Of a stretch of DNA of 64,000 bases, positions 25,559 through 35,333 are shown piece after piece. The stretch's first letter is position 1, and every line of letters begins with the position of its first letter. The stretch covers positions 2,538-66,537 of the forward strand of contig JACPGZ010000017.1 of the NCBI GenBank assembly GCA_016188895.1, given 5' to 3'. The position numbers were made by a program, and so were the translations under genes. A model generated the notes under the pieces. The model saw nothing but the letters and a program-made list of their open reading frames with translations, ran no database searches and had not been told where the DNA came from. The DNA comes from Candidatus Pacearchaeota archaeon (lineage in GTDB: Archaea; Nanobdellota; Nanobdellia; Pacearchaeales; GW2011-AR1).

Positions 25559-26422
25559 TTAATCTGAAGGTTTTTCTTGTAATTGATTAGCGTCCTTTGC
25601 AATAACATCCTTTAAAGCGTCAAAGGGATTCTTAACCTGTTTTATTTGTTCTTTGCTGATATGGGTGTATAATTGTGTGGTTTGAAGATTACTATGGCCT
25701 AAAATTTCTTGTATTATTCTTATGTCTGTGCCCTGCTCAAGCAAGTGGGTGGCGAACGAGTGGCGAAGTGTGTGCGGCGTAACTCGTTTCTTTATCCCAG
25801 CTTTTTTTGCCACGCTGCTTACTATTTTTTGGATGTTTCTTGTTGTCAATGGCTTGTATTTGGAAAATATATAGCTATTGACGCTGTTTTCTAAATAAAA
25901 AGAAAGTTGTTTTGATATCTCTTTAGACATTATGAACAGGCGATCTTTTTTGCCTTTGCCTCTCCGCACCCATCCTGTGCTTTCCTCGATATCAAGATCT
26001 TCTGGTTTTAGATTTACTAATTCAGAGACCCTTAATCCTGAAGAGTACAAAAGAGATATTATCAAATGAGATTTTTTTGTATCACATGAATTAAGGAGTT
26101 GTTTTACCTCTTCTTTTGTTAATACAGTAGGAAGCTTTTTTTCCTTTTTTGGGATTTTTATATTTGAAAGCTGTTTTTTTAATATCTCCTGGAACATAAA
26201 CCTGATTGCAGAGACTGCTAAAGAAACGGTTGACTTGCTTTTGTCCTTTAATAAATTAGAGAGATAATCTTTAACGTCATTTTCTGTAAGGTTTTCTATA
26301 TTTTTTTGAGAATAAGAAAAGAACTTGTCATTAAAAAAACAATAGTTTCTTATGGTTAATTCAGAGAATCCGCGCAGCCTTAATTCTGATGTCAGTTTTT
26401 CCAATGCCTCTTTATTATCCAT
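25559..26422 (-). CDS. xerA: tyrosine recombinase (XerA/XerCD-like integrase)
   Basis: R...HTLRHSFATHLLEQGTDIRIIQEILGHSNLQTTQLYTHIS: catalytic R-H-R-Y box. 287 aa. Confidence 0.8.
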   Translation of the reverse strand: MDNKEALEKLTSELRLRGFSELTIRNYCFFNDKFFSYSQKNIENLTENDVKDYLSNLLKDKSKSTVSLAVSAIRFMFQEILKKQLSNIKIPKKEKKLPTVLTKEEVKQLLNSCDTKKSHLIISLLYSSGLRVSELVNLKPEDLDIEESTGWVRRGKGKKDRLFIMSKEISKQLSFYLENSVNSYIFSKYKPLTTRNIQKIVSSVAKKAGIKKRVTPHTLRHSFATHLLEQGTDIRIIQEILGHSNLQTTQLYTHISKEQIKQVKNPFDALKDVIAKDANQLQEKPSD

Positions 26423-26504
26423 AAAATATCATAATAAACCGATATTTATAAATTAATTGCCCAATCGCAAGTATATTATAAAAAAGAGATAAATTTAATA
26501 ATGC

Positions 26505-26789
26505 TTGATGCATGGATTATTTAATATGGAAAAGGATATTGGAAGAATTCAGAAGAACGAAAACACTGATATAGTTGTCAGAGTTGATGATTTTGGCGGC
26601 AGGATTGGAGTGACTATAAGAGAGCATGTCAAGGGAGAAAGATATACAGGATTTACAAAAGCTGGAACAAGGGTGCCTGCTGACAAGTTTTTAGAGTTTA
26701 GAGAGCTAATAAATAAGGTTAATTTAGATGACCTGAATTCTTCGCCAAATTCAGAAGAAGTAGTTACAGAGAATATTGATGATTACTAA
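26505..26789 (+). CDS. PC4/YdbC-like ssDNA-binding protein (tentative)
   Basis: VRVDDFGGRIGVTIREHVKGERYTGFTKAGTRVPADKFLEFRELINKV resembles the PC4 C-terminal domain pattern. Confidence 0.45.
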   Translation: MMHGLFNMEKDIGRIQKNENTDIVVRVDDFGGRIGVTIREHVKGERYTGFTKAGTRVPADKFLEFRELINKVNLDDLNSSPNSEEVVTENIDDY

Positions 26790-26831
26790 GATTTTTAAAC
26801 ATCAGATTCTTAAATTTATCAACACTGAAAA

Positions 26832-27230
26832 ATGAAAAAGAGGCAGTTAAAGGCAAGTAAAATAAGTTCTGGCGAGAGTGCTGAAAGCATTGTAAAATTA
26901 ATAGCTATATTGCATTATATCAGCGCTGTGTTCTTGGGGATATTGGGTTTTCTAATGATTGTTTTATCCTCGTTTTTTTGGAGTGTTGTCTCAGGGCTTA
27001 TTAGGATTCCGTTGGCTTTTATGATAATGATTTCTTTATTTATATTTGCTTTTGGTGTGTTTCAGTTTTTTGTAGCAGGCGGATTGTTGAAAAAAGAGTC
27101 ATGGGCAAGAACATCTGCTATTGTGCTTGGAATCCTGATGCTGTTTAGCTTTCCAATAGGAACATTTATTGGGATTATTACAATTTATTTTTTGGTATTT
27201 AACAGAGAAGTGATAAGGATGTTTAGGTAG
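26832..27230 (+). CDS. hypothetical 4-TM membrane protein
   Basis: 132 aa, four hydrophobic segments. Confidence 0.4.
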   Translation: MKKRQLKASKISSGESAESIVKLIAILHYISAVFLGILGFLMIVLSSFFWSVVSGLIRIPLAFMIMISLFIFAFGVFQFFVAGGLLKKESWARTSAIVLGILMLFSFPIGTFIGIITIYFLVFNREVIRMFR

Positions 27231-27280
27231 TTATTCTAAAGTTAAGAAATGTTTATATACGGGCATTTAAAAGCTAAATA

Positions 27281-28204
27281 ATGGAAATTCGTGCTGATCT
27301 TCATATGCATGGACCAATTGGATTTCAGCCATATTGGTTAAGAAAACAGAGCTATGCGGGAAAAAACCTCCTTCAATTGATAGCTGATGAATGCTTTAGT
27401 AAAGGAATTACAATTTGTGCTATTACAAGCCAGGCTGATGAGATTCCTAAAGGAAGTGTGCATGATAGATTGGGTTGTTTGAGAGATTATGAGGCAGGAC
27501 TTCTGCCAAAAGAATATTGTACAGATACTATTGGAAATGATATCTTAGTTGTCGAAATGGGCAAAGAGAGGGTTTATTTAGTAAATGGACAGACTGCCAT
27601 GCCTAAAGAAAATGGAAAGAAATATGATTTACTTATTGTTGGATCTAATCGAGTACCAAATTTTAAATCATTTAGAGATACCCTTAATTACGGAAAAGAT
27701 CATGGTTTAATACAAATTGCAGAGCATCCTTATGTTGAAACTCATAGAGGAATGGGAAAGGAACTTTTAGAGAGATATATTGATGATTTTGATGCAATTG
27801 AAGGGCATAATTCACAGGCTATATTCTGGAATTGGATGACTAAACTGCCGAAGATTGGATCAATGTTCTCAAGAGCTGGAAGGAAGATGAATGAACTGGC
27901 ACAAGAAACAGCTAAAAGATATAATAAACCTTGGATTGCAACATCTGATGCGCACCAAATTGAAGATCTAGGAATTTCCTATATAAGTTGGGATGGGGAA
28001 ATTAATAATTCAAATGAAGATAAATTCTTTTCGGATCTTAAAAATATAATAAGAAGAAATGAGTTTGATATTGATTGTAATTATGAATCAGTATTTCAAT
28101 GGTTTAAATGGATTGGAATATTCCAAATTGGATGCAAGGCAATTAAAGTAGGCAAGTTTGATGTTATTACAGATGCTTATACCCCCTCTAATGAATTGAG
28201 ATGA
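27281..28204 (+). CDS. PHP-domain phosphoesterase (tentative)
   Basis: N-terminal ADLHMHG and later ...TSDAHQIEDLG resemble PHP metal-binding motifs. Confidence 0.45.
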   Translation: MEIRADLHMHGPIGFQPYWLRKQSYAGKNLLQLIADECFSKGITICAITSQADEIPKGSVHDRLGCLRDYEAGLLPKEYCTDTIGNDILVVEMGKERVYLVNGQTAMPKENGKKYDLLIVGSNRVPNFKSFRDTLNYGKDHGLIQIAEHPYVETHRGMGKELLERYIDDFDAIEGHNSQAIFWNWMTKLPKIGSMFSRAGRKMNELAQETAKRYNKPWIATSDAHQIEDLGISYISWDGEINNSNEDKFFSDLKNIIRRNEFDIDCNYESVFQWFKWIGIFQIGCKAIKVGKFDVITDAYTPSNELR

Positions 28205-28878
28205 AATTAGACAACAAGATATTAATAACTGGATCTAGTGGTATTATAGGCGGTATTATTACAGAATATCTTAAGAAGGATGGATATATTGTTACAGAAC
28301 TTGATATAAAAAATCAAGATAATAATGTTGATATTCTTTTATATGATATATTTCCATATTTTTATAATGTTAATACTGTTATACATTTAGCTGCAAATCC
28401 TAATCCCTTTATTGGTAAGATAGAGGCTGATAAGAATATAGAGATAACAAAAAGAGTAATAGATGCTTGTCAAGGTTCAAGGACAGTTAGAAGAATAATA
28501 AATGCAAGTTCAATTAATGTTTATCCTTATAGAACAATTGATAGAATAACAAAAGAAACTCCATTAACATCCAATATACATTTTAATCCAAAAGGATATT
28601 ATGGAAAAGCGAAGATTGAATGTGAAAGATTGTTTGAAGAATTTTGTAGGAATAATAATCTTTATTTATTAAATTTAAGGTTAGGTTGGGTGACAAAAAA
28701 TGATTTGCATCCTCCAAATAACGAGCCTGCTCATACAAGAGATATAGAGGTCGCATTAAAGCATGAAGATTTAAAGAAAATTATAAGCAGGGCAATCAAT
28801 TACAAAGGAATAGGGAATTATGTTTGTGTATCTAAACGAAATGGTTTTATAGATGATAGTATACTATTTCCACTATGA
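28201..28878 (+). CDS. NAD-dependent epimerase/dehydratase (SDR superfamily)
   Basis: ILITGSSGIIGG Rossmann motif and YGKAK catalytic YxxxK. Confidence 0.6.
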   Translation: MKLDNKILITGSSGIIGGIITEYLKKDGYIVTELDIKNQDNNVDILLYDIFPYFYNVNTVIHLAANPNPFIGKIEADKNIEITKRVIDACQGSRTVRRIINASSINVYPYRTIDRITKETPLTSNIHFNPKGYYGKAKIECERLFEEFCRNNNLYLLNLRLGWVTKNDLHPPNNEPAHTRDIEVALKHEDLKKIISRAINYKGIGNYVCVSKRNGFIDDSILFPL

Positions 28879-29327
28879 AAGTCTTATTTTTGTGCAGTTC
28901 AAATGTATTTAGAAGCCAAATAGCAGAGGCTTATTTTAATTTTTATTCTAAAAAGCACAAAGCTCAAAGTGCCGCTTTAATTAAACCTCAAGACAAGATG
29001 CATAAACTTGTTGTTAGAGCTATGCATGAAAATGGAATTAATATTAAAGAAAATAAATCAAAGAAGGTTACAAAAGAGATGCTGCAAAATGCAGATGTAA
29101 TAATATTAATGAATTCTGAACTTAACGAATATGTTGAGAATTTAAAGAAACATTTTAAGCCAAATGTGAAAATTGAAACTTGGAATATTCCAGATGTGAT
29201 TGCTAAAGAAACAGACGAGCATCTTTATCCAGAATTTGTAAAGGCAAGGGATATAATAAAGAAGAAGGTTAAAGAATTAGTAAAAAGATTAGACAAAGGT
29301 TTTAATATAGAAAAGTTGAATATATAA
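28875..29327 (+). CDS. low-molecular-weight protein tyrosine phosphatase / ArsC-like
   Basis: VLFLCSSNVFRSQIAEA: CX5R(S) P-loop of LMW-PTP. Confidence 0.7.
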   Translation: MKVLFLCSSNVFRSQIAEAYFNFYSKKHKAQSAALIKPQDKMHKLVVRAMHENGINIKENKSKKVTKEMLQNADVIILMNSELNEYVENLKKHFKPNVKIETWNIPDVIAKETDEHLYPEFVKARDIIKKKVKELVKRLDKGFNIEKLNI

Positions 29328-29343
29328 TAAAAAAGAGGGAAAA

Positions 29344-29865
29344 ATGCCATTTGCAGTTACTCATATTTTAGCGCCCTTAATATTAGTGGCAATAATAAGA
29401 GATTTCTTTTTAAAAAAGAAATTTTCTTTGCATTATGTTTTGATTGCTGGATTGGCTGGAATTTTGCCTGACATTGATGTTGCTCTCTTTTGGGTGCTTT
29501 ATTTTTTTGGATTTACATTTGAACAAATACATAAAACATTTTTGCACTCGATTCTTATACCGTTATTTTTCTTTTTGCTTTATCTTACATTTTTATCTAG
29601 AAAAGATAAAAACAAAAAATTAAGATTAAGTATTGTATTCTTGATGCTTGCAATCGGTAGTTTAATTCATTTAATCTTGGATGGAATCTTTGGACCGACA
29701 TTTCAATTATTTTATCCTATATCAAATCTTCAGGTTGGATTTTATCTGACTGACTATTTGCCATATGAATTACAAAGTTTATTCCTGCCATCGTTAGATG
29801 CTTTATTGTTGATTATATGGCTTATTTATCTTGAGGTTAAACACAAGATTAGTGATTTTATTTGA
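29344..29865 (+). CDS. DUF457-like membrane-bound metal-dependent hydrolase (tentative)
   Basis: Multi-TM protein with conserved His residues in/near TM helices (THILAPL..., HKTFLHS, LIHLILD). Confidence 0.4.
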   Translation: MPFAVTHILAPLILVAIIRDFFLKKKFSLHYVLIAGLAGILPDIDVALFWVLYFFGFTFEQIHKTFLHSILIPLFFFLLYLTFLSRKDKNKKLRLSIVFLMLAIGSLIHLILDGIFGPTFQLFYPISNLQVGFYLTDYLPYELQSLFLPSLDALLLIIWLIYLEVKHKISDFI

Positions 29866-30865
29866 TTATATTTATCGGCTTTCTTTTAATAAAGGAAGTT
29901 ATATTCTCAAGTGTTGTATCAAGTATTCTGTGCAATGTCTCATTTGAGTTAAATGCATTATGCGGAGTTATTATAACATTGTCCATCTTAATTAATATAT
30001 GATCTTCTAATAATGTTTGTATGTTGCAGGATTTTTTGTATATGTGACTAAGAACTGCTTTTTCTTCTTTAATCTCGCATTCGTCTTCAAGAACATCTAA
30101 ACCTGCTGCTGAAATCTTTTTGTTTTTAAGTCCTTTGACTAATGCATGCGTGTCTATAATTCCTCCTCTTGATGTATTTATTATTATTGCTCCTTTTTTC
30201 ATTTTGTTTATTGTATTTTCATTGAACAAATGATGTGTCTCTTTGTTGTAAGGAATATGCAATGTAATAATATCTGATTGTTTGAGTAATGTGTCAAAAT
30301 TTACATAGCCAAAACCAATGCTTTTTGCTAATTCTTTTTCAGAATGCCTGTCAAATACAATAACATTCATTTCAAATCCAACCCCGATTCTTGCAACATG
30401 TTTTCCTATGTTTCCGCATCCTATGATACCTAGTGTTTTTCCCTTCAGCTCAAATCCTTTTAAATCATGACTTGTTTCAAATGAGTGCTGCTCATGTGTT
30501 CTTTTTATTGAAGGATATAATCTTCTTGACAATGCTAAAATTAGCGCAAATGTATGCTCTGCAACTGTGTTCTCGCCATATCTTGGCACATTTGCTATCT
30601 TGATTCTTTTTTTATTGCAGTGTCTAACATCAATATGGTCATAGCCTGTTGACATTGTCACGATAAATTTAAGAGCTGGAAGATTGTCAATTATTTCTTT
30701 TGTAATAGAAGAATAAATAAATACAACTAAGACTTCTATGTCTTTGATTTGCTTTACATTTTTATTATTTAATGGCTCTTTAAATAAAAGAAGTTTGTAT
30801 TTTTTAAATGAGTTTGATATAATCTCTTTTTCCCAATCCTCTATTTCAAAAAATGCTATTTTCAT
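29858..30865 (-). CDS. D-isomer-specific 2-hydroxyacid dehydrogenase (NAD-binding)
   Basis: GKTLGIIGCGNIGKHVARI Rossmann motif and family catalytic residues. Confidence 0.8.
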   Translation of the reverse strand: MKIAFFEIEDWEKEIISNSFKKYKLLLFKEPLNNKNVKQIKDIEVLVVFIYSSITKEIIDNLPALKFIVTMSTGYDHIDVRHCNKKRIKIANVPRYGENTVAEHTFALILALSRRLYPSIKRTHEQHSFETSHDLKGFELKGKTLGIIGCGNIGKHVARIGVGFEMNVIVFDRHSEKELAKSIGFGYVNFDTLLKQSDIITLHIPYNKETHHLFNENTINKMKKGAIIINTSRGGIIDTHALVKGLKNKKISAAGLDVLEDECEIKEEKAVLSHIYKKSCNIQTLLEDHILIKMDNVIITPHNAFNSNETLHRILDTTLENITSFIKRKPINIIK

Positions 30866-30884
30866 TCTGCCTCTTTTACTTATA

Positions 30885-33305
30885 TTATATTTTTCTTCTT
30901 TTTAAAAGATTGGCATTTGTTACAACTGTTATTGATGAGGAGGCCATTGCAATCTCAGCTATGATTGGATGTAAAATACCGATAATTGCGAGGGGAATTG
31001 CTATTGTGTTATAAGCATATGCCCAGAATAAATTCTGCTTGATTTTTCTGAATGTTGCTTTTGAAAGATTTATTGCTTGAACAACTCCTATTAAAGAGCC
31101 TTTTGCTAAAACAATATCACCTGCTTCAATTGCAATATCTGTTCCAGTTCCAATTGCAATTCCGACATTTGCTTGCTTTAAAGCAGGAGCGTCATTGATT
31201 CCGTCTCCTATAAAAGCTACAAATCCTTGTTTTTGCAATTCTTCTACTTTTTTTGCCTTTTCTTCTGGCAAAACATTTGCAATAACTTCTTTGATTCCAA
31301 CTTCTTTTGCAATTGCCTTTGCTGTTCTTTCATTATCACCGGTTATCATAATTGTGATATATCCTTCTTTATTCAGCGAGGCAATTGCTTCAATTGAATC
31401 TTCTTTAACAGAGTCTGCAATTCCTATTATCCCGATTGCCTTGTTATTTTCTGCAACTGTAATAGTTGTATAGCCATTGTCCTCAAATTCATTGATTTTA
31501 GACTCAAATTCTTTTAATGGAATATTTCTTTCTCTCATTAATGTTGTGTTTCCAATAACAACTTTATTATTTCCTATATTTCCCTCAACACCCCTGCCTC
31601 TTAAAATCTTGAAATTGCTTACTTGATTATATTTCTTTAGAGCTGCTTTTGCTACAATTGCTTTTGATAATGGATGCTCGCTTAATTTTTCTAAACTCGA
31701 TGCTATTTCTAAAAGATAAGATTCATTTATCTTGGAATATATAGCTCTAACCTCTGGCTTTCCTTTTGTTATAGTTCCTGTTTTATCAAAGATAATTGTT
31801 TTGATTTCTTTCATTGTCTGGATTGCCTCTCCCTTTCTGATAAGAATGCCTTTTTGAGCGCCTATTCCAGAGCCAACCATTAATGCAGTTGGTGTTGCTA
31901 ATCCTAAAGCACATGGGCATGCAATTACAAGAACAGCAATTGCTGCAAATAATGCCAAGGTTAAGTTTCCTGCATTTAAGTTAATCCATGGAATAAATGA
32001 AAAAACTCCTACAATGCTTTTCATGGCATCTGGAAAAATAAGCCATGTCAAAAATGTAATTACAGAAACAATAAGAACTATTGGAACAAAATAACTTGTA
32101 ACTCTGTCTGCAAATTCCTGAATTGGAATTTTTGAGCCCTGCGCTTCTTCAACAAGCTTTATAATCTGGCTAAGAAATGTCTCTTTTCCTATTTTTGTGG
32201 CTTTGACATACAATATGCCATCTTGATTTATTGTTGCTCCTATTACAATATCTTTTTTCTTCTTTTCCACAGGCAGGCTTTCTCCTGAAACCATTGATTC
32301 GTCAACACTTGACTCTCCTTTAACAACTTCTCCATCTGTCGGGATTTTTTCTCCAGGCCTTACGAGCATAATATCGCCTATCTTAACCTCATCTATTCTA
32401 ACCTGTTTTTCCTTGCCATTAACTATGATATTTGCTGATTTTGCCTCAAGCTTAAGAAGTGCTTTAATAGCAAGGCTTGCCCTGCCTCTTGCCTTTGCTT
32501 CTACATATCTTCCTGTCAGGAAAAAAGCCATAATCATTCCTCCTATTCCTGAATAGTCTTCTATTGGAAGAAAAAATCTCAATATGCCTGTTAAAAAAGC
32601 AATTAGTGTTCCTAAAGAAATCAAGACATCCATATTAAATGACAAGTATTTTATTGATTTGAATGCGCTTCTTAATGTTGGAAAACCTACAAAAAATAAT
32701 ATGGGGATTGATAGAATTAATGGAAGAACCATAAAAAATGTATTATGTATTCCAAATACTCTCTCAATTATTAAGCTTATTATGGCAATTGGTATTGCAA
32801 AAAGCCATGCAATCCACATTCTTCTTTTTGCCTCGCTCATCTCTTTTATTTCTGTATCTTCCAATCCTGCTTCCTCCCCTATTACTTTATAGCCTGCGTC
32901 TTCAATTGCTTGAATTATCTTTTCTTTTGCAATTGATGAGGTTATTGTAGCTTTCTTCATATTAATATTAAGGGCGAGTTTTTTAACACCTATTTTTCTT
33001 AACGCATTTTCAATAGTCATGGCGCAATGAGGATTATCTAAGCCTTGAACAAGAAATATGTAAGTCGCTTCTCCTTGCGATGCCTTATGCGGGCTTTCGC
33101 TGTCTTTTGTGTCAGAATAAATTTTATAACCCAAATCCTCAACTATATTTTTAATCTTATTTTCATCACCCTCGTCAACATATAATTTTCCTGTTGCAAA
33201 ATTAACACTTGGATTTTCAGCTGTTTTTGCTCTTTTTAATGCAGACTCTATGTTTGCTGCGCAGCTTGCACAATGCATTCCTTCTACCTTAAATATTTTT
33301 TTCAT
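30885..33305 (-). CDS. copA: copper-translocating P1B-type ATPase
   Basis: Two N-terminal HMA domains ([12 protein letters not shown]; second HCAMT), CPC motif, [15 protein letters not shown]. Confidence 0.9.
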   Translation of the reverse strand: MKKIFKVEGMHCASCAANIESALKRAKTAENPSVNFATGKLYVDEGDENKIKNIVEDLGYKIYSDTKDSESPHKASQGEATYIFLVQGLDNPHCAMTIENALRKIGVKKLALNINMKKATITSSIAKEKIIQAIEDAGYKVIGEEAGLEDTEIKEMSEAKRRMWIAWLFAIPIAIISLIIERVFGIHNTFFMVLPLILSIPILFFVGFPTLRSAFKSIKYLSFNMDVLISLGTLIAFLTGILRFFLPIEDYSGIGGMIMAFFLTGRYVEAKARGRASLAIKALLKLEAKSANIIVNGKEKQVRIDEVKIGDIMLVRPGEKIPTDGEVVKGESSVDESMVSGESLPVEKKKKDIVIGATINQDGILYVKATKIGKETFLSQIIKLVEEAQGSKIPIQEFADRVTSYFVPIVLIVSVITFLTWLIFPDAMKSIVGVFSFIPWINLNAGNLTLALFAAIAVLVIACPCALGLATPTALMVGSGIGAQKGILIRKGEAIQTMKEIKTIIFDKTGTITKGKPEVRAIYSKINESYLLEIASSLEKLSEHPLSKAIVAKAALKKYNQVSNFKILRGRGVEGNIGNNKVVIGNTTLMRERNIPLKEFESKINEFEDNGYTTITVAENNKAIGIIGIADSVKEDSIEAIASLNKEGYITIMITGDNERTAKAIAKEVGIKEVIANVLPEEKAKKVEELQKQGFVAFIGDGINDAPALKQANVGIAIGTGTDIAIEAGDIVLAKGSLIGVVQAINLSKATFRKIKQNLFWAYAYNTIAIPLAIIGILHPIIAEIAMASSSITVVTNANLLKRRKI

Positions 33306-33314
33306 CTTTTAATT

Positions 33315-33461
33315 TTATGTTTTATTTATAAATTTTTCTGGATTTTCCTTAAATGTAGATTCACAGTTTGAACTGCAAAAATAATATACTCTATCTTTAT
33401 ATTTTGTCTTTAATGATTTTTTCTCATCTAATTTCATTCCGCATACAGGGTCTTTTGTCAT
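33315..33461 (-). CDS. TRASH/YHS-domain small metal-binding protein (48 aa) immediately upstream of copA
   Basis: MTKDPVCGMKLDEKKSLKTKYKDRVYYFCSSNCESTFKENPEKF. RBS GGAGGT upstream. Not in the ORF track (<60 aa). Confidence 0.55.
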   Translation of the reverse strand: MTKDPVCGMKLDEKKSLKTKYKDRVYYFCSSNCESTFKENPEKFINKT

Positions 33462-33473
33462 TTTTACCTCCTT

Positions 33474-33971
33474 TTATTTCTTGTTTTTGATAATAAGATA
33501 AATAAGAATAACAATTAACATAACAATCAATAATGCCATAACCCACGTAAGAGCCCACAAATTATTATATCTGTAATTCTGCATCATTCCTGAGCCCATC
33601 CCTCCATAACCCATCATGCCTCTTCCCATCATCATGCTCATCATTCCTGTGCTCATTGCATCATGCTCTCCGCAATAAAATGCCTTGCCCATGCTGACAT
33701 GAATTTGTTTCAAACTTGCAGAGCCCTCGCCCCCCATCATCTCGTCCATCTGCTCATGTAACTCGCCAGGATGCATCTGCTCCATGTAATATTCTCCAAG
33801 TATTTCAAGCTGCTCTTCGCTAAGATTGCTACATGATATTTTTTGTTTTATAATTTCTTCAGCTTGAGCAAAATCCTCTTCTCCATGAGCGCTGGCAAAA
33901 ATTGCTATGTTTACTGCTAAGATACCAATTATCAAAAAACTTATCAGATATATTTTGTATTTATTTATCAT
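33474..33971 (-). CDS. Met-rich secreted/membrane-anchored protein, paralog 1 (putative Cu-binding)
   Basis: Signal peptide, HGEEDF..., Met/Gly-rich stretch (MMGGEG...STGMMSMMMGRGMMGYGGMGSGMM), C-terminal TM. ~98% nucleotide identity to 48234..48397 over ~170 bp. Confidence 0.6.
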   Translation of the reverse strand: MINKYKIYLISFLIIGILAVNIAIFASAHGEEDFAQAEEIIKQKISCSNLSEEQLEILGEYYMEQMHPGELHEQMDEMMGGEGSASLKQIHVSMGKAFYCGEHDAMSTGMMSMMMGRGMMGYGGMGSGMMQNYRYNNLWALTWVMALLIVMLIVILIYLIIKNKK

Positions 33972-34213
33972 TGTCTTATGCTTTGAATTATTAAATATAA
34001 TCCTAAAATAAATATTGAAATTACTATCAAAAACCAAAATATGCTGAAAAATCCAAAACCATATCCAAAACTAGACATCATTCCAATTCCGCCAAAGCCC
34101 ATCATGCCTGCTCCAAGCATTCCAAGTGCTGGCAGTGAAATTAATACTAAAATAATTCCTATTATCAATCTGAGTGTTTTATCCTGCATCTCTTTTGAGT
34201 TTTCTTTTGCCAT
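33968..34213 (-). CDS. small Gly/Met-rich membrane protein
   Basis: 81 aa, GMLGAGMMGFGGIGMMSSFGYGFGFF between two TM helices. Confidence 0.4.
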   Translation of the reverse strand: MAKENSKEMQDKTLRLIIGIILVLISLPALGMLGAGMMGFGGIGMMSSFGYGFGFFSIFWFLIVISIFILGLYLIIQSIRQ

Positions 34214-34306
34214 TACTACTATAATTCATTGGAGTTTATAAATATATCGGATTCTGATATATCAAAATATGTAAAGTTTTATATAGTTGCATTATCTTTT
34301 AATATC

Positions 34307-34723
34307 ATGAAAATAAATAGTATAACTAAATTATGCATTCTAGCTCTGATTAATAATGAGAAACTGCATGGATATGAAATTCTTAAAGAAGTAGGGAAAA
34401 AAACAGGGATAAAATTGTCTGCGTCACATGTCTACCCATTTCTGAAAGAATTAGAAAAGAATAATTTTGTTGTTGCAGAGGCGTATGATAGAGGGGGGCA
34501 TGAAAAAAATGTTTATCAAATGACTAAAAAAGGGAAAAGATTTTATAGGAATTTTATGAATCGTTTTTCAATTATGCTAGAATCAGGAATTAAGAATAAT
34601 ATCAAAGAATGCCATCATTGTGGATGTGAGGTATATAAAAATCATTATCATGAAATAATAAAAGGCAAAAGATATATATTTTGCTGTATGCATTGTGCAA
34701 AAGCATACAAGCAGGAAAATTGA
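34307..34723 (+). CDS. PadR-family transcriptional regulator fused to a C-terminal TRASH-like metal-binding domain
   Basis: PadR wHTH (LCILALINNEKLHGYEILKEV...SHVYPFLKELEKNNFV). C-terminal CHHCGCEV...YIFCCMHC. Confidence 0.55.
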   Translation: MKINSITKLCILALINNEKLHGYEILKEVGKKTGIKLSASHVYPFLKELEKNNFVVAEAYDRGGHEKNVYQMTKKGKRFYRNFMNRFSIMLESGIKNNIKECHHCGCEVYKNHYHEIIKGKRYIFCCMHCAKAYKQEN

Positions 34724-34725
34724 AG

Positions 34726-35178
34726 ATGTTTCAGCTAAATAAAGATATAAAAAACTTGTTTGAGAAGTTCCCTTTTGGTTTTAGTATTTGGGAGAGGGAA
34801 GATAATAAAATGTATGCTGTTTATAGAAATGCCATGGCTGACAAGCTGATGGGAACAAAAAGAGAGAAAATGGTTGGAAAAGAATTTGAAAAATGTTGGC
34901 CTGATTCAAAAGAAAGTAAAAAAACAGCGTTCAGGGTTCTTGATGAGGGTACTACGCATAAAGTTGAGGAGTCAAGATTTATCAGTAAAAAAAAGGAAGG
35001 ATTGTTTCGTTTTACTTTAATGAAACTTGATGAAAACATGATTGGAGTTGTTATTGAGCCTTTGAATAGGTGCATAAAGATTAATAGGGACGGGACACAA
35101 TGCTCTAATACATCTGTTCTGGGTAATTTTTGCATGAGCCATGCACTTACTCAGCTGAAGAAAACATCGTTAATCTAA
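34726..35178 (+). CDS. PAS-like sensor domain protein with C-terminal Cys cluster (tentative)
   Basis: FGFSIWEREDNKMYAVYRNAMADKLMG...VGKEFEKCWPD: PAS-like. C-terminal C..C......C...H. Confidence 0.35.
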   Translation: MFQLNKDIKNLFEKFPFGFSIWEREDNKMYAVYRNAMADKLMGTKREKMVGKEFEKCWPDSKESKKTAFRVLDEGTTHKVEESRFISKKKEGLFRFTLMKLDENMIGVVIEPLNRCIKINRDGTQCSNTSVLGNFCMSHALTQLKKTSLI

Positions 35179-35333
35179 ATTTCAACGGCATGTTTTGTTA
35201 TCTCAATATTGCAGGAATGGTGCTTTGTGCACCATTCTTCACATCTTTTGGCTAACTCTTTTGTCTTGTAGAAGAAACTGCATGACTCGCATTGAAAATA
35301 TTTATCTCCGTGTTTGTTTATCTCTTTTACCAT

